Below, piece after piece: positions 34,201-48,096 of a stretch of 64,000 nt of DNA. Within the stretch, counting starts at the first letter, position 1; every line of letters begins with the position of its first letter. Source of the DNA: Tubiluchus corallicola (Eukaryota > Animalia > Priapulida). The position numbers and the translations under genes were made by a program. The notes under the pieces were generated by a model that saw only the letters and a list, made by a program, of their open reading frames with translations, had not been told where the DNA came from and searched no databases. Where the stretch lies: contig JAQGDQ010000003.1 in assembly GCA_030141605.1 (NCBI GenBank), forward strand, positions 1,116,001-1,180,000. The letters run 5' to 3'.

Positions 34201-37200
34201 TTACCCGGATGGTTCTTGTGTCTTATCAGGTATTGAGTTTTACATTGGTGTTCCTAAATCTGAGATTCACAGAATAGCCAGGATTCAGCCGAAGGCTTTC
34301 TCACTGTCAAGTATTAAGGAAATGATTTCTGGAATATACACCTGGCACATGTCTGGTTCTAGAGCTGACCTAGCAAAAAGAGCTCTCAGCTTCGATATGA
34401 TAGCACTTCCTGGTGGTGGGTCAGTAAGTATAGTGTGCTGCTTTTCCTTCTCCACTAATTAAGTCTTTTTCACTGATTGCAGACAGTATAGTTACATCAA
34501 AAACGAAAATAGCTGCAGTCGTTTGTTAAATTAAAACTTAAGGCAACAAGATTCTTGAAATTAAACACGTTTAGTTACAGCAAACTGCAAGAGATTTGTC
34601 AGTGCCACTTCCGTATTTTCTCTTCGTTTAAACGTTAATGAAAAACCTTTTTATACAAGTCATTCTAAACAAATCCAGAAGCCACTCAGGGTAAGGGCTT
34701 ACACTTAGAAATTAAAATACAGGATCCAGAAACTGAATTTGCAATTCTGTAAATGATTTGCCAATCTTACGAAGTATCTGTTAGCATTCTTTCGAATTTT
34801 CAGTAAAAGTAAAAAAGTTTCGCGGTTAAAATTTTATTTCAGAGCAGGTTACAGGCATCTAGCAATGGCTAATATAGGAACGTATACAGGCCGCAGTATT
34901 AAGACGAGTTCTTGGATTAAACTATCAGCATCTAGGAAAAACTGAAGAGCCATATCAAGAAATTCTGTCATAATAGTAACTAAAAAGATGAGGCAATGTT
35001 GCAAAAGACCTTTGATATGCAAGTAATTAGAGAATTTCTCCAAACCAGGTTCAATCACTTGACTTGAAACGGGGTGCAGCACTAGTACAGATGTGGCTGC
35101 AGTATCAGTTCTCAGATTGTAAGTCAATTTTTGAAGATTGAGTATAGCATTTTCAAGAAAGATACAGGGGCATATAACTTTTTCCTAATATGTTCAAAGT
35201 TTTTATGTAAGGTAATTTTCCTATCTAAGATCGAGACACTAGTCAAGGTCAAACAAACGAATGTACGTCTGATTAGAGTGAGATGAAACAGCCACGTGCG
35301 TAGCAGGCTACGTTGCATCGCGATTACGAAAAAATAAAACAAACGTCGTCTGCTTTACAGTAAAAGTGCCAAAGTATGTTTCATGCATGCGAAATAACTA
35401 GGAACTAGCAAAGGCCCCGCAAAAAATGTTGCGTATAAATACACTTATAATCAAAAATACGCGAACATTCTACCTAGTGTTCGTTTATTTACCTAACGCA
35501 AAGCCAGCAGCAGCTTTTACTTAATCAAAGTTATAAGTTTATAGGCAGAGTATAATGGATGACGTCAGAACAATGGCTTTGCGTCAGCAGTTTTCCCAAA
35601 AAAAAACGCCGGAAATGGAATCTCCAATCAAGTCGTCACAGCTTCTCAGGGTGGAGACGTCCTAAAATACAGCCCACACCATCGTGTAGCTCTGTTTCTC
35701 AAAATCTAAATCTAAATATGGCTACTACACCCACCGCTGAACGAGCTATCTATCCATAGCCAGCACCACCCATGGCCCATTCTCGTTTTCCAGAAATAAG
35801 AGGCAAAAGTTTTTCAAAAGCGGCCGAAAAATGGCCATTCTTGGAGGTTTTTCGTCCCCCGTTCATCCCAGAATACTTCAAAACGTAACGCACTATACAC
35901 AATAGTATACTAAAGATAGCATAGCAAGTTTAGAAAATACAAACTTTGTAGATCATTGACGAAAGTTGAAACCTTAAGGAACGTTAACATTAATTTCTTA
36001 CGTAAAAGAAGCGTGCCTTTTTATTAACAACTTTGCTAAAGGCCAGTTTCTTATAATTAATTCCTTTATAGTTCTGGTTTACTCCGTAAGTAGTTTTCTG
36101 ATTTAGGCAACAATTGCATTTGATATCGCATTTTACCGTTGGTTCTCCAATAGAGTTCCATGGTACTTTTGATGTGAGTATTCACTATCCATAGCTTGCG
36201 TTTTAGTAAAACACCACAATGTACATTGTACAAACAGATATTTACAATCGTTCAGTACGTCGATTACTTTACATAAATGCTCCAGACTATTTATTGCTAC
36301 TTATTTACTGAAATAACAGAATCAAAGCTCTGATTTACTGATTAATGTTTTAAAACAGGACATTCGTGTATGGAATAACGCCGAACTGATGTCAGATGTA
36401 GAAGTACCAGCAGTTAATGGTATAGGCACAGCTCGCTCGCAGGCTAAGATATATGGAATTATTGCCAACGGGGGCAAACACGACAAAAAACCGTTGCTGA
36501 AACCGGAAACAATAGCAAAGGTAAATATGTTTCATAGGTTCTAATGTAAAAAGAACATATGAGCAAACGATGACTATATGACCACAACATCGACATGAAA
36601 ATGACGAAGGTCAGATTTCAAAACGACCGTATTTCAAAAGTAGCGGTACAGAAGACGTAATGGTTTAAATGACAAACACCATGTTTTTAATGAAAGAGAA
36701 GTAGCTATGCCTGTCCCTACTAACCAGAGTATCTAAAACTTTTCAAATTGTACCAGATTTAGTAGTGAAGTAAGAACATTTTTCTACATTTATTGTTATA
36801 ATGACGAATTAGTTAAGAGACTGAAGATTTTTTTCTTGAGAGATCAAACGATTCATATAAAGAAACTGTGATGGTCATTTTTTCAAGCAGAATTATTCGA
36901 TTTTACTGAATTGTATTTTCTGGCTGTTATGTTACATTTACAGTTAGAAGAGTGCATAGACGATAACGACGATTTGATACTTAGCATCCTAGGAATGCAC
37001 ACTAAATTTAGTAGTGGTGGTTTTTTTTGTGGTGAGGCGTTTACATTTGACGGGGTAAGAATAATCATTATTGTTTCTCTCGTGAACATGTCTAAATTAT
37101 AAATAGGGTAATATATGGGTTAATATCGTACATAGACCAATGTAGGACGATGAGCTTTTAAGGCTTTTACGGTTGCCTCACACATAGAACTCAAGTACAA

Positions 37201-38854
37201 GAAGATTGCTGGTTAATTAATTTTAATTTTAATTAAACTCAATCACAAAAGAATTAACGGCCGTCTTGCTCTTTCCTCGCTGTTTACGCGTATGTGCATA
37301 AGCCTAAGTACCGTGTGGACAAAAACTAACATTACCTAACAAGAACAGTGATACAGGCGCTAGTTTTCTTCTCCTTTATTAATAAAGGAGAGTAACAGCG
37401 TCGTATACAACATTGTTATTTTTAGCAAAGACGGAAGCTCATTGTTTGACATGTACGATATTTTAGCCAGTGTTCGATATTAGCCCATTTAACAATATAC
37501 CGTTAAACGGGGTAAATAGAGCCGGTGGGGTAAATAGGGACAAATGCAGGAATAAGCAATGCACAGTTCATTCATTTAATTCCATTTATAATTTTATAAA
37601 CCAACCTGATGCACGTACTATCTACCAAGGACTCGATATCTTTGTGAAGACACTCCTGGTTGTCATGGCAACTGCAAACCGAAGACATACTAACAACACA
37701 AAAAGTAACGGTAGCTTAAACTTTTATTGCACAGGCCTAATCGGTGGGCCAGATGTGGTTATTTTGTAGCTGGCAGTTGAGCGACGTATCTTCACTAATA
37801 CCTAACATTTAGTTCAATTTTGAATCACTCAGTTTGTATTTTTTCTCCCTTTTTGAGCAACTTTGGACATAGTTTGATATAGACAACGTGGTGAATCGGG
37901 ACAGCATACCATGCACGTATAAACGACTCCCTGCTGGAGCACAGTGCAGCAAAACAACACAATACAATGGGCAGATTTTGGGAGTTATAGCCCATCCTAA
38001 AATATTGGGTTGAGTTCTAAGATATGGGGTCAATTGGAGAGAATGGCGAATGTTTGGTGATATGCAACAAATTGTGCTATCTAAGAGCAGCGCTATCTAA
38101 CCAAGCTTTGTAAATTTATCCTAGATATCATAGTAACTGATTTTAAAACACGTTTTTTGAAACCGAAGTTGTGTCCCTTTTCACCTCATGTAATGCAAGA
38201 TGGTTACAAGAATTAAAAATAAGGCTATCCCTATTCATCCCAAAATGCGGGGCTAATCGGGACATTTGTTTTTGAATAAAAAACAATGTACGATTTTTTT
38301 ATCATAACAACAATACCTTCAAAAGATAGATTGTGTATGTGGCCATGTAACTGCCAAACACAATTTAGAAAAAAAACTAACAAAAAAATTACGGCAGTTT
38401 GAATGTAAAAATTGTCCCTATTCACCCCGTTTTACGATACCTACTTATAATAAACATATACGGATAGGGCAAATATGTAAATATTAAATATTATTACCTT
38501 TATGTGGATTTTACTGGAGTGTGTTGGCAAATACTTGTTTGACACCTCAGCAGGAGCAAAAGTAAAATTATTACCCGTTTATTTGTTTGTTCGTGTACAT
38601 ATTTGTTATTTAATTATTCCAACTTGATTTTTGTCAGTCAATATTCAGTGAAAACATTCTGATATATTTTTTAATATATCTAGGGAATACAGTTGTATGG
38701 TTCTCCAGGATACGGGCTTCAACTTGGGGCTGCAGACTCAAAGACCAACGTAGGGTTTGGGTATCTCACCAACACATTAGTTTCAGTCATTGATTCTCGC
38801 TATCAAAGACTAGTAACGAAGACCTACGAATGCATTAATAAATTAAAAACATAG
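31299..38854 (+). CDS. Serine beta-lactamase/PBP-fold domain protein (class C/esterase-like, animal beta-lactamase domain-containing family) with N-terminal membrane anchor, ~443 aa, 8 exons
   Basis: Exons 31299-31465, 32245-32539, 32669-32809, 32991-33081, 34230-34423, 36359-36520, 36944-37054, 38684-38854 join in frame with GT-AG. Motifs: [19 protein letters not shown], catalytic SxxK (FFSTSKG), [59 protein letters not shown] near 38910. Confidence 0.92.
33151..33430 (-). mobile_element. Short Helitron-like element
   Basis: Minus strand ends with hairpin GAATGC-TTC-GTATTC, then TGGA-CTAG|T; 5' end uncertain (~33420-33430). Confidence 0.45.
37500..38437. mobile_element. pogo/Tc1-mariner-type non-autonomous element
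   Basis: TA|CCGTTAAACGGGGTAAATAG ... CTATTCACCCCGTTTTACGA|TA inverted termini with TA on both sides; GGGGT(A/G)AATAGGGACA motif repeated subterminally; internal IPCTYKR resembles a pogo N-terminus (MPRTYKR). Confidence 0.8.
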
Positions 38855-39107
38855 TAATTCATAGCAAAGTTAACTTTTACCTCAGTGGTATATGGAAAAT
38901 AATTGTGTGAATAAACGTGTTTTAGCAAATTCAACTGTGGTGTGTTTTATTTTTTGAAGAATAAATTTTGCACCCGCAAATCTTCTCAATCAGACCCTTA
39001 TCAATGAGCTTTCTGATCTCTATAGACAACTTCGTGACGTTTCACCACAAACTTCATGTTAGTGAACTCTTTGAGTTAGCCTTTTATAAAACAAATAATG
39101 ATTGACA

Positions 39108-39226
39108 ATAAGTAAGTAAGTAAGTTAGTTAGTGAGTGAATGAGTAAGTGAGTGAGTGAGTGAGTGAGTGAGTGAGTGAGTGAGTGAGTGAGTGAGCGAG
39201 CAAGCAAGCAAACAAACAAGCAAACA
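39108..39226. repeat. Graded tetranucleotide microsatellite (AAGT>TAGT>GAGT>GAGC>AAGC>AAAC)
   Basis: Directly visible. Confidence 0.95.
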
Positions 39227-39982
39227 TGCAAGGTTATTTTACGCTTGTTTACATTACACACTATAAACACGATGTGAGATTTGTTATTAATAATAGTGAG
39301 AATAAAATGTCGGGAAATTGTTCCTTAAGTGATGTTTGCATTGCCTTTCAGGACTTCATGATTATTTCTTCATTATAAAACGCATTTTTCGCTGTGAAAG
39401 TGAATATTGACTTACCTACACAGAGAATTTTGTGTGCGCAAAGAGGCAGTTGAACTGAAAACCAGAGAAACGACAAATTTTTCGTAAGATGACCTACAGC
39501 TAGCAAAAGGCAGTAAAAGTCTCGAAGCATTTTGTTGACGTCTTTCATAAAACGCATAACACGTTAATTTTATTTTTCTATCTTACCGCTGTTGCTACGT
39601 TACATAACTTACTCTATGACGTCAGCATAATTACTCACCAGTTTTGACTGCAGCGCGAATCTCCATCAGACTCAGCCAGGCTGTTCTAGTGGGTTTGTGG
39701 AGAATCCCGGAGGCTCCCCCTGGAAGTGCACCATCAGCCTCCTCTGGACGACACAGCACGGCCGCTCAGTAAGCTATGAATGTGCTTTTTTTCATTATTG
39801 AGTTTAACGTTGAAAAGCCATGATTAACGAACCTGAAAGCTTTTGATCTTTCAGCAATTAGCGAAGAATGAAGACGCTGGAAAAATTTGATTAAATTCCA
39901 CCAAATCAGGTAGTTTCACTTACAATCGGCTCAGATGACGCGGTCGCGATGGCTCAATGGGTCGCGGCGGTAAGTGCGAGTC

Positions 39983-40650
39983 TCAGACCTGCCAAGTCTC
40001 ACGCACTTCGAGTTTTAACCTGTATCTCGCTCTCACACCTGCAAATCAACAAGTCCGCAAATCTCACGCATTTTAAATCAAAAGCCGATTTTATCCTTGT
40101 TTTCCTACTAATAATTATGATTTTATAAAAAGCGGCGGAGGTAGAAGTTACGCAGATAATTATGCAGCCTTATTTTTAACCATTACATGTGTTACATTTT
40201 AATCAAAAATATATATTCCTTTGATTATGTGTCCCATGCAGTAAATAACTAGTGCAAACCTCACGTTATTTGGCGGCTAAGGCCAATTATATTTCAGCTT
40301 GTAATTTTTGAAACGAAAATAAGTTACAAAAAAGGTGGAAGTAAAGCTATAACGTAACAATTATGCAAGTAGTGGTAAATGTCGTGTTTTTAATCATATT
40401 AAGATCAAAAGTTGAATCTGTTCAGTATTAATTAAGACAGTAAGTAATATCAAATCTATAAAAATAATAATTCGCAAACATTTAAGCATTCCGAAATACG
40501 CTCAAATGTAGGAGGAACGTGTTGGTGGGCGGAGCTCGAGTTTACAGCGCTCCCCTACACCCCTTACCTGAATTTTGAGTCTGACTACTTCCGTTCTCTA
40601 CCCGTTGACGTCTCTAATAGCAAGGTCTCGACGACAAGTCGGTAAACGTA
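39983..40650. mobile_element. Probable decayed hAT-like MITE
   Basis: Starts CAGACCTGCCAAG with repeated TCTCACGC motifs; internal TTACAGCGCTCCCC..ACCCC motif common in invertebrate MITEs; right end degenerate. Confidence 0.35.
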
Positions 40651-42732
40651 TATATAGCGCATAATTGATGTATTTCTGCACCAAGTCTTATAACTACAAC
40701 TGATAATTTAGGATATTGTCTGTAGACAATCTTCAAACTTTTTCACAGGAAATTTATCACCAACAGACTTTGTTAATTAACTTTTCAATAGCCTACTTTC
40801 TACCGAATGAGGATTTTTATTTTTCCAGACATACATATACATAAATATAATAGTATTAAATGAATTATTTAAATTTTAGTTTTTTTAAAGATCGGCTGAG
40901 AAGGGTTGTCTATTTCGCTCGAATTATTGTACCTAGATTAATATCAACCATAGATATTAAGGTTAAATGCTTGGAAATAGCTTCGAGATACTGCTTGTTT
41001 GTACTGCTTTCATTTTAGCTTTCAACACTGTCACAATTGCAAAATTCTAATTATTGTACTGTAAAAAAATCGAAGTTGATCACGGCAATCATTAAGAAAT
41101 TTAATTTCAAGGTGTTCTATTCAGTCACTGGAAATAAATCCATTTTAACTAGTGAGTCATTATGAGTGCATTACGTCTTCTGTTTCAAATTTAGATCCAG
41201 TCCCACTTTTTGACAGTTTCTCTGCTCTGATGAGGTTTTGTTTAAAAAAATAATTCATCATTATTAAATAATATTTGACTAATCAAGCATATACATATCA
41301 ATTAACATTTCTATGGTATCATCTCAATATTACAGGGAAACATGTTAAGCAGAGCATATTTGCATAACAGGCATAAAATCATGTATGAAACGTGCATTTT
41401 TGGCTTTAGTGCACTGCACTAGTTCTTAATGTTTTTTATTAAAAACCAGTTATTAAGGACATTTGCAATAAGTTAAACCACAGTTGATTAAATTGCTATG
41501 CACCTCATACTGCAATCAACAGCGCGAGCCACATTTACTAAGCATTGTCTTATTTAGCATAAAATTGCATATTGCTTCGAGCGTAAGAAAAATGCTTGGC
41601 GCACACCGTGCAGAAAGAAAAAACAGCTTTGATAAGCAGTTTTTTTATAAGTATAAGCACACAGATGTAAATATTATCGTGCTTTATGGGTAAAAAATCA
41701 TATATGCGCGTTTATATGTGTTAATAATATAAACAAATTTAAAACAGATACAGAGCCTTCGTGAAGCTATAGATCAACCTTACCAAGAATAGCCCAAGGT
41801 GTTATTCACGTTCTATTGAACATCATTCACCAAGTGGGTGTTATTTAAAATTCAGTAAGACTGATCAAACAAAAAACTCGTATTCAAGGCAAATGATTCT
41901 GTATGTTCGAAAATTTCTTGCTGGGCGTTCTAAACTCTCTTCTCGGTATTTTTTGAACACAGTTTCTTGTAATGTGTAAGGTAGGTTATGTTGTCGTAAA
42001 TTGTTAGTTGTTTTAACTAGTTCTGTTTCTATAATATATAGATCAATTTCACTGTATTTAATGGTCTTTAGTCTTTACTTCAATAAGATACCGTGATTAC
42101 CCATTTTAGGACTTTTTGATAGATTTTATTCAACTACAATAATATCGTTCTTTATGGTTTGGGCTCCATGAGACGGATGAACAATAAATTAATTGTTATT
42201 TCAGCTTTAGCTATTAATACTATGCCTAACATTTTCGTTATTTAGCTAAATATTCAGTGGCGAACTTATATAAAATGAAAATCAACATCTGCGTATGGAA
42301 CATTTGCCAAAAGTTTAGGTAATGGCTATCTTTTACTAGTGTATGTTCTTGTTGCGGGGTCCGTGGACTAACTATTGCTTAGCGCCATACATGACATTAT
42401 TGATTCATTGATACTAGCATGACTGACGAGTGACCTGCTGTCATAATTCACATCCCATTATTATCAGTACGAAAATTCATCATCATCATCATCATCTTCA
42501 TTGCCGTCGTCGTCGTCGTCGCCATTATCAGGTACAGCTTTAAACTGATGAAGAATAAAGAAACGTTGAAGACTAAAGTGTTGCTTCTCACTCATAGGGC
42601 TGGTAAATACGTAGTTATGGCTGCCGTAGCTGTTTTCGTCATACTGCAAGAATGCATGATGCTGGACGAAAGGAATACAGTAAACACACAAACATAGGAT
42701 CTGACCTTGACCTTGACCATCAAAGCTTGACC

Positions 42733-45700
42733 ATGGAGATTTTCACGCTGAATACCAGACACACACTTCAAATTGATTCTTGTGATGTCGCTGTAATCGC
42801 AATATATTTTATCTTCATTATTTGTGTTGGAATATGGGTAGGTGCCGAAGCATGTTTTCATATTTTATTAATGTACCACAGTAAACTGACACTTATTATC
42901 AGGGTTGTAAAAGTTCCCTAGTTTTAAGAATTAGTTCCATTTCCTAGCTCTTTAAAGAAAGGGAACTAATCATACATTCCTTTTCCAGTTCCAAATTCCG
43001 CTGTGGCAAAAGTTCTAATCAAAGTTCCTCGTCTCACGACTTTTTAAAAAAGGAACTAGTTCCAGTGGCAAGTTATTTAATACCTAAACCAACGAAAGCT
43101 ACCTAGTCAGAGACAGCAATGTGCAAGATGTAAAAAAGCCAAACACTAATTTTAGATGCAACTTGAGAAAGGAAATAATTTTAGTTCCAATTTCCTCTAT
43201 ATCAGAGAGTAGTTCGTAATTGCATTAACTTTTTGAAAGGAACTAGTTCCTCTTCCAAGTAGGCTATCTGTGAAAGGAGCTGTAGCTCCAACTATGTTCC
43301 ATTACAACCCTACTTGTTACGTAAAAAATGTTTACTGAGTGAATGGACCCCTAACTGACATTGGAAAATTTAAAAATTTTGCAGCGTATTTTGCAGTATT
43401 TTAGTTTTCGAATTTAGAAGTACTCGATGGCGAATAATGACAGAATTCCTTAATAAAGTGTGCGACTTAAATCATTCTCTAACAGCCGCAAGTCCTACTA
43501 CACAGAGAAATATTTCATTTATTTCGGTATTTCGATACTGATTTTAGATGTTAAATTTAGTGATGCGATGCAAGCTTGGTACAATGATGTAATCGACCAT
43601 GTCGACGTCTGCGGGAAAGCATTTATTGGAAAGCAAACGCTCATTTAGCAAATTTTTCTTTTGTTAAGTTCATTGGAGCATAAACAGGAGAATATTAATT
43701 AGTAGTACAATTTCGCAAGAAACACTTATTTATCGATCTCTAAATTGCATGTTTTATGTGTGCAGGCTGTTATCCGTGCTCATCGTGGCAGTGTCTCTGG
43801 CTACTTTTTGGCGGGTCAGAACATGACATGGTTTCCTGTAAGTTTACTGTTATACATTTTAGTTAAAGACACAATATTAGATCTGGGCATAAGTGCAACT
43901 TACTAGGAGTATAGAATAATCTTAGAGAGTTTGCCGCAAACTTCTATAATTGAACAGTCATGATAATTTTAATGTCTGGTAGGTCTTGCACGCTTGCAGA
44001 AGATTATCAGCTGTATATATGCCTCGTTTTGCTTAAATGCTGACAGTAATTATTGTTAATGGATGTACTTTTGAGATCATTTTGGTAGTCGTTTAAATTT
44101 CAAGAAGGAAAATTTCGCTGTAAGTGGAAAAGGAGTAATTATCTGTTTCAGAAAAAACACTCCTATTTATTAGTTCTATTTTTAGGTAGGAGCCTCGCTG
44201 TATTCCAGCAACATTGGCAGTGCAAGTTTTGTGGGTGTGGCAGGTACTGCTGCAGCTTCAGGAATTGCTGTATCAGCTTATGAGTTAACGGTAACTTTGC
44301 AAACTTTTTAGTGAGTTTATTTTATTACCTTTCTAGTAATTTAGATATCACAGCGAAATGAAATCACTTCGAAATGATTCGAATGAGATGCCTAAATATA
44401 TATGCCGCCTACACGTAGATTTCTTTTTCTTATAAAATGTCAGAACAAAGTTACATGACCAACTAGGAAGCCACAATTGTAACATCATGTAGTCAATTGG
44501 TAATATGTATGAGAAAAAACAATTCGCGCCATTTGTGAAAAGAATATAAACTATGTTCAATTTGTCATTATATTTTTATAGGGTTTATACTGTGTGCTAC
44601 TGCTTGGTTGGCTTTTTGTTCCTGTATACGTTGCTGGAGGTGTATACACAATGCCTGATTATTTACAAAAAAGATTTGGAGGAGAAAGGCTCAGAACTTA
44701 CCTGGCTGTACTAGCTCTTATTCAGTACATTTTTACTAAGATTTCGGTAAGTAGTAAGCTAGAGCTCAATGCATTTCATGTCAGACAGTTTGGCATTTGT
44801 TTTAGATTACCTCTGTTTAGTGGCCGATAACATTTCGGACTAAAACGTCCATTTATGAATGTGTCTTAGTCTGTCATTAAAATTATATTTACTAACTAAC
44901 TTACTTGCTTGCTCACTTATTTTGTTACTATACTGGTCCTTTGTTTAATGATCAAAACAGAATCCTTTGATCAAAATTGTTTAATGATGTAAATTTGCAG
45001 CTCTATCCTTAAGGCATAGCCATATGCATACTGCACGATAAACTAACAATTGGATAATTGATCCAAAAGGACCAGTGAGTCGAAAAACTTAATTTTCGGA
45101 AGGTATGGGTTAAGACACAAATTATTGGCCGTGGACCACTGGGCTAAGTGAAAAATGAACCTAGGCGTAAACATGACGCAAACTGTACGTATTATTTTGG
45201 CAAATTTGTTGTTCTGCTTTCGCGCTGCCGCTTGTCAAGCTACTGTTGCTGTTGCTGTTGCAGGCGCAATTACGTGGCGCTGTTCTATGCTGCAGTGTCA
45301 GTGTCACCGTTTATACAGTTATTAATACCGATATTTATGCTAATTGCATTAGCTGACATTTACTACTTTTTACTGCAGGTCGATATGTATGCTGGTGCGA
45401 TATTCATTCAGCAATCATTGGGCTGGAACATCTACCCTTCCATTATGTTTCTTCTTGCCATATCTACGATATTCACTATTACTGGCGGTTTGAAAGCAGT
45501 TATCTACACTGACGCAGTGCAAACAGTTATTATGTTAGTGGGTGCATTCGTCTTAACTGGAATAAGTAATTAAAATATAACCTTTTAAGTACCGTTAGTG
45601 ACTGTTCATTAGACGAACAATATTGCTAAAATTTACTAATAGATTTCTAAGCTTATGATACCTTTTTGAAAAGATATTTCTAATCTAGTTCCATAATTCG

Positions 45701-47954
45701 AACAAAAACCTTTGCTAATTTAACAAGTGGTATTCCATCAATTTTGAAAAATGTTGTCGAGGTAATGAAGATGACAAAGATGATAATGCCACTGTCGAAT
45801 ATGCTTTTGATAAACGAGATGACGATTGCAGTGATATTTATCCGTTTTATATCCTACAGGCTTTTACAAAATTGGTGGACTTAGTGTAATATACAAAGAA
45901 TTTTTAACAAGTATACCGCGGGTTCACACCATAAACAATGTAACCTGTGGCTCACCGCCAGCTAATTCCTTTCATCTGATGAGAGATGCAACAGAGTCGG
46001 TCTTTCCGTGGCCTGGCGTTGTCATTGGAATAACTTTACTTGGTGTGTGGTACTTTTGCACCGATCAGGTAACAAACGTCTTTTTGTTGTGCATAACCAT
46101 GTATGAGAAGAATATTAGATTACTTTCAAAACCATGTGTTCCGAGATTTTTTTAAATTGACCTGCTAACTGAGTAATTAATTAGCGCTAGTATTTTATTT
46201 AGTTCCATCAAGCTCATTGTATTTCTTTAACGGTATACGCCAATTCTTCTGTGGAGTGTAAGAACTAATTTTGTCAAGTGAAATGCAAAACTGACTCTAT
46301 CCCATTTTAGAATGTCTGTGCCTACATAAGACATAATGTAAAATATTCATTTAAGTTTATAAATTAGTTTATAATTTTCAAATATTTGTTTATAAGTTCT
46401 ATTTTTTCGATATTTCTTCAATTTTCAGGTATTAGTACAACGAATGTTGGCTGCAAAAAACATGCACCACGTGAAAGGAGGATCAGTTTTTGCTGGATAT
46501 CTTAAAGTTCTTCCATTATTTATAATGGTTTTTCCTGGAATGATCAGCAGAATTGCTTTTACTGGTAATTGTGTCTCGCAAGTCATATCGTGCCAGATCA
46601 CAAACTCACAAAATTTGTTTATAAACAAACGTATATTAATCTGTAAATTGGAATAGTTACTGAACATATAATCTACTCAAAGTTTTTAGATGTCATGTAG
46701 CATTAATTGAGCAAGAATATTTACGATTATTTTGCACCTCTCCCGGTTCAATGTTTCATGTTAAGACATTATCTTTACTGAGCTAGATTCTAGTCCTGCC
46801 AGAACTTCTTAAAACTAGTGGTCGATCCTGACGTTGTACTCCCACTGTGCTGAAAAAATGTATGAAAACATAATGGCAATGCAGCTTCAACGATTCTTAC
46901 TTTTCAGAGATTTTTTATCAACTGACTACTTTGTCGCGCACTTGTAAAGTTAATGCTATGTGCCAATATCAATACCAACTAATATATTTTTATATAAGAT
47001 ATACATTTACATCTACATTTTACTTATTTATTTCTTTTAGAAGAAGTAGCTTGTGTGGATCCTGATATTTGCGAGAAAGTTTGTAGAAATAGAGCGGGCT
47101 GTACCAATATCGCATACGCTAAGCTAGTGGTTGAATGGATGCCAACTGGTAACATTTTTAAATATATTTCTGTGATTAGTAGCACAACGTAAAATCTACG
47201 GCTACAAAACATTTTTTATATGAAGTTTATAAAACGATAAATATTATTAGCAATTATTTTTTATAGGAATACGTGGTTTGATGTTAGCCGCCATGACAGC
47301 TGCGCTGATGAGTTCTTTAACTTCTATATTTAACAGCTCTAGTGCAATTTTTACGATCGATATCTGGCCAAAAGTGAGGGGAAAGAAGCCCAGTGAAAAA
47401 GAATTAATGATTGTTGGCAGGTAAATAGACTGGCCAATATGTATGAGGCAAATGTCGTCCAGAAATTACTAACTTTTGCTCACATCTTTAAATAATTAAT
47501 AATTATGTAACTCACGTTTAGATGTTTAAATCGTGGTGTTGTGTTTAGAAAATGCATATTCATGTTTTCACTCATGAAAAAAAGGCAAGGCAAAATTACT
47601 CCAAAAATTTATACATTATTGCTCATTGTTTATTTTTGAAATTTTTATCTGTCATATATAACTTTGAATTATTTATCATCCTATTATACCTTTGTTACGC
47701 GTCAGTATTAATTTTATTTGTTTGTTAGGTTGTTTACATTGGCGCTGCTTTGTGTAGGTATAGCATGGATCCCAATTCTCTCAGTAGCTCACAGTGCCCA
47801 GTTATTTAACTATATTCAGGCTGTTACAGGATATTTTGCTCCGCCCGTTGCCAGCTGCTTCTTATTAGCTATTCTATGGAAGAGAACTACAGAGCCAGTA
47901 AGTGTTGGGAATTGATTTTGAACTAAAAATGACAATATACTACAATAACAACAA

Positions 47955-48041
<87 letters not shown>

Positions 48042-48065
48042 AAACAACAACAGCAGCAGCAGCAG

Positions 48066-48096
<31 letters not shown>

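Noticed and set aside
31299-38854. Recent bacterial horizontal transfer or antibiotic-resistance gene
   Set aside because: Seven canonical spliceosomal introns and host-like composition; this family is already known from many invertebrates.
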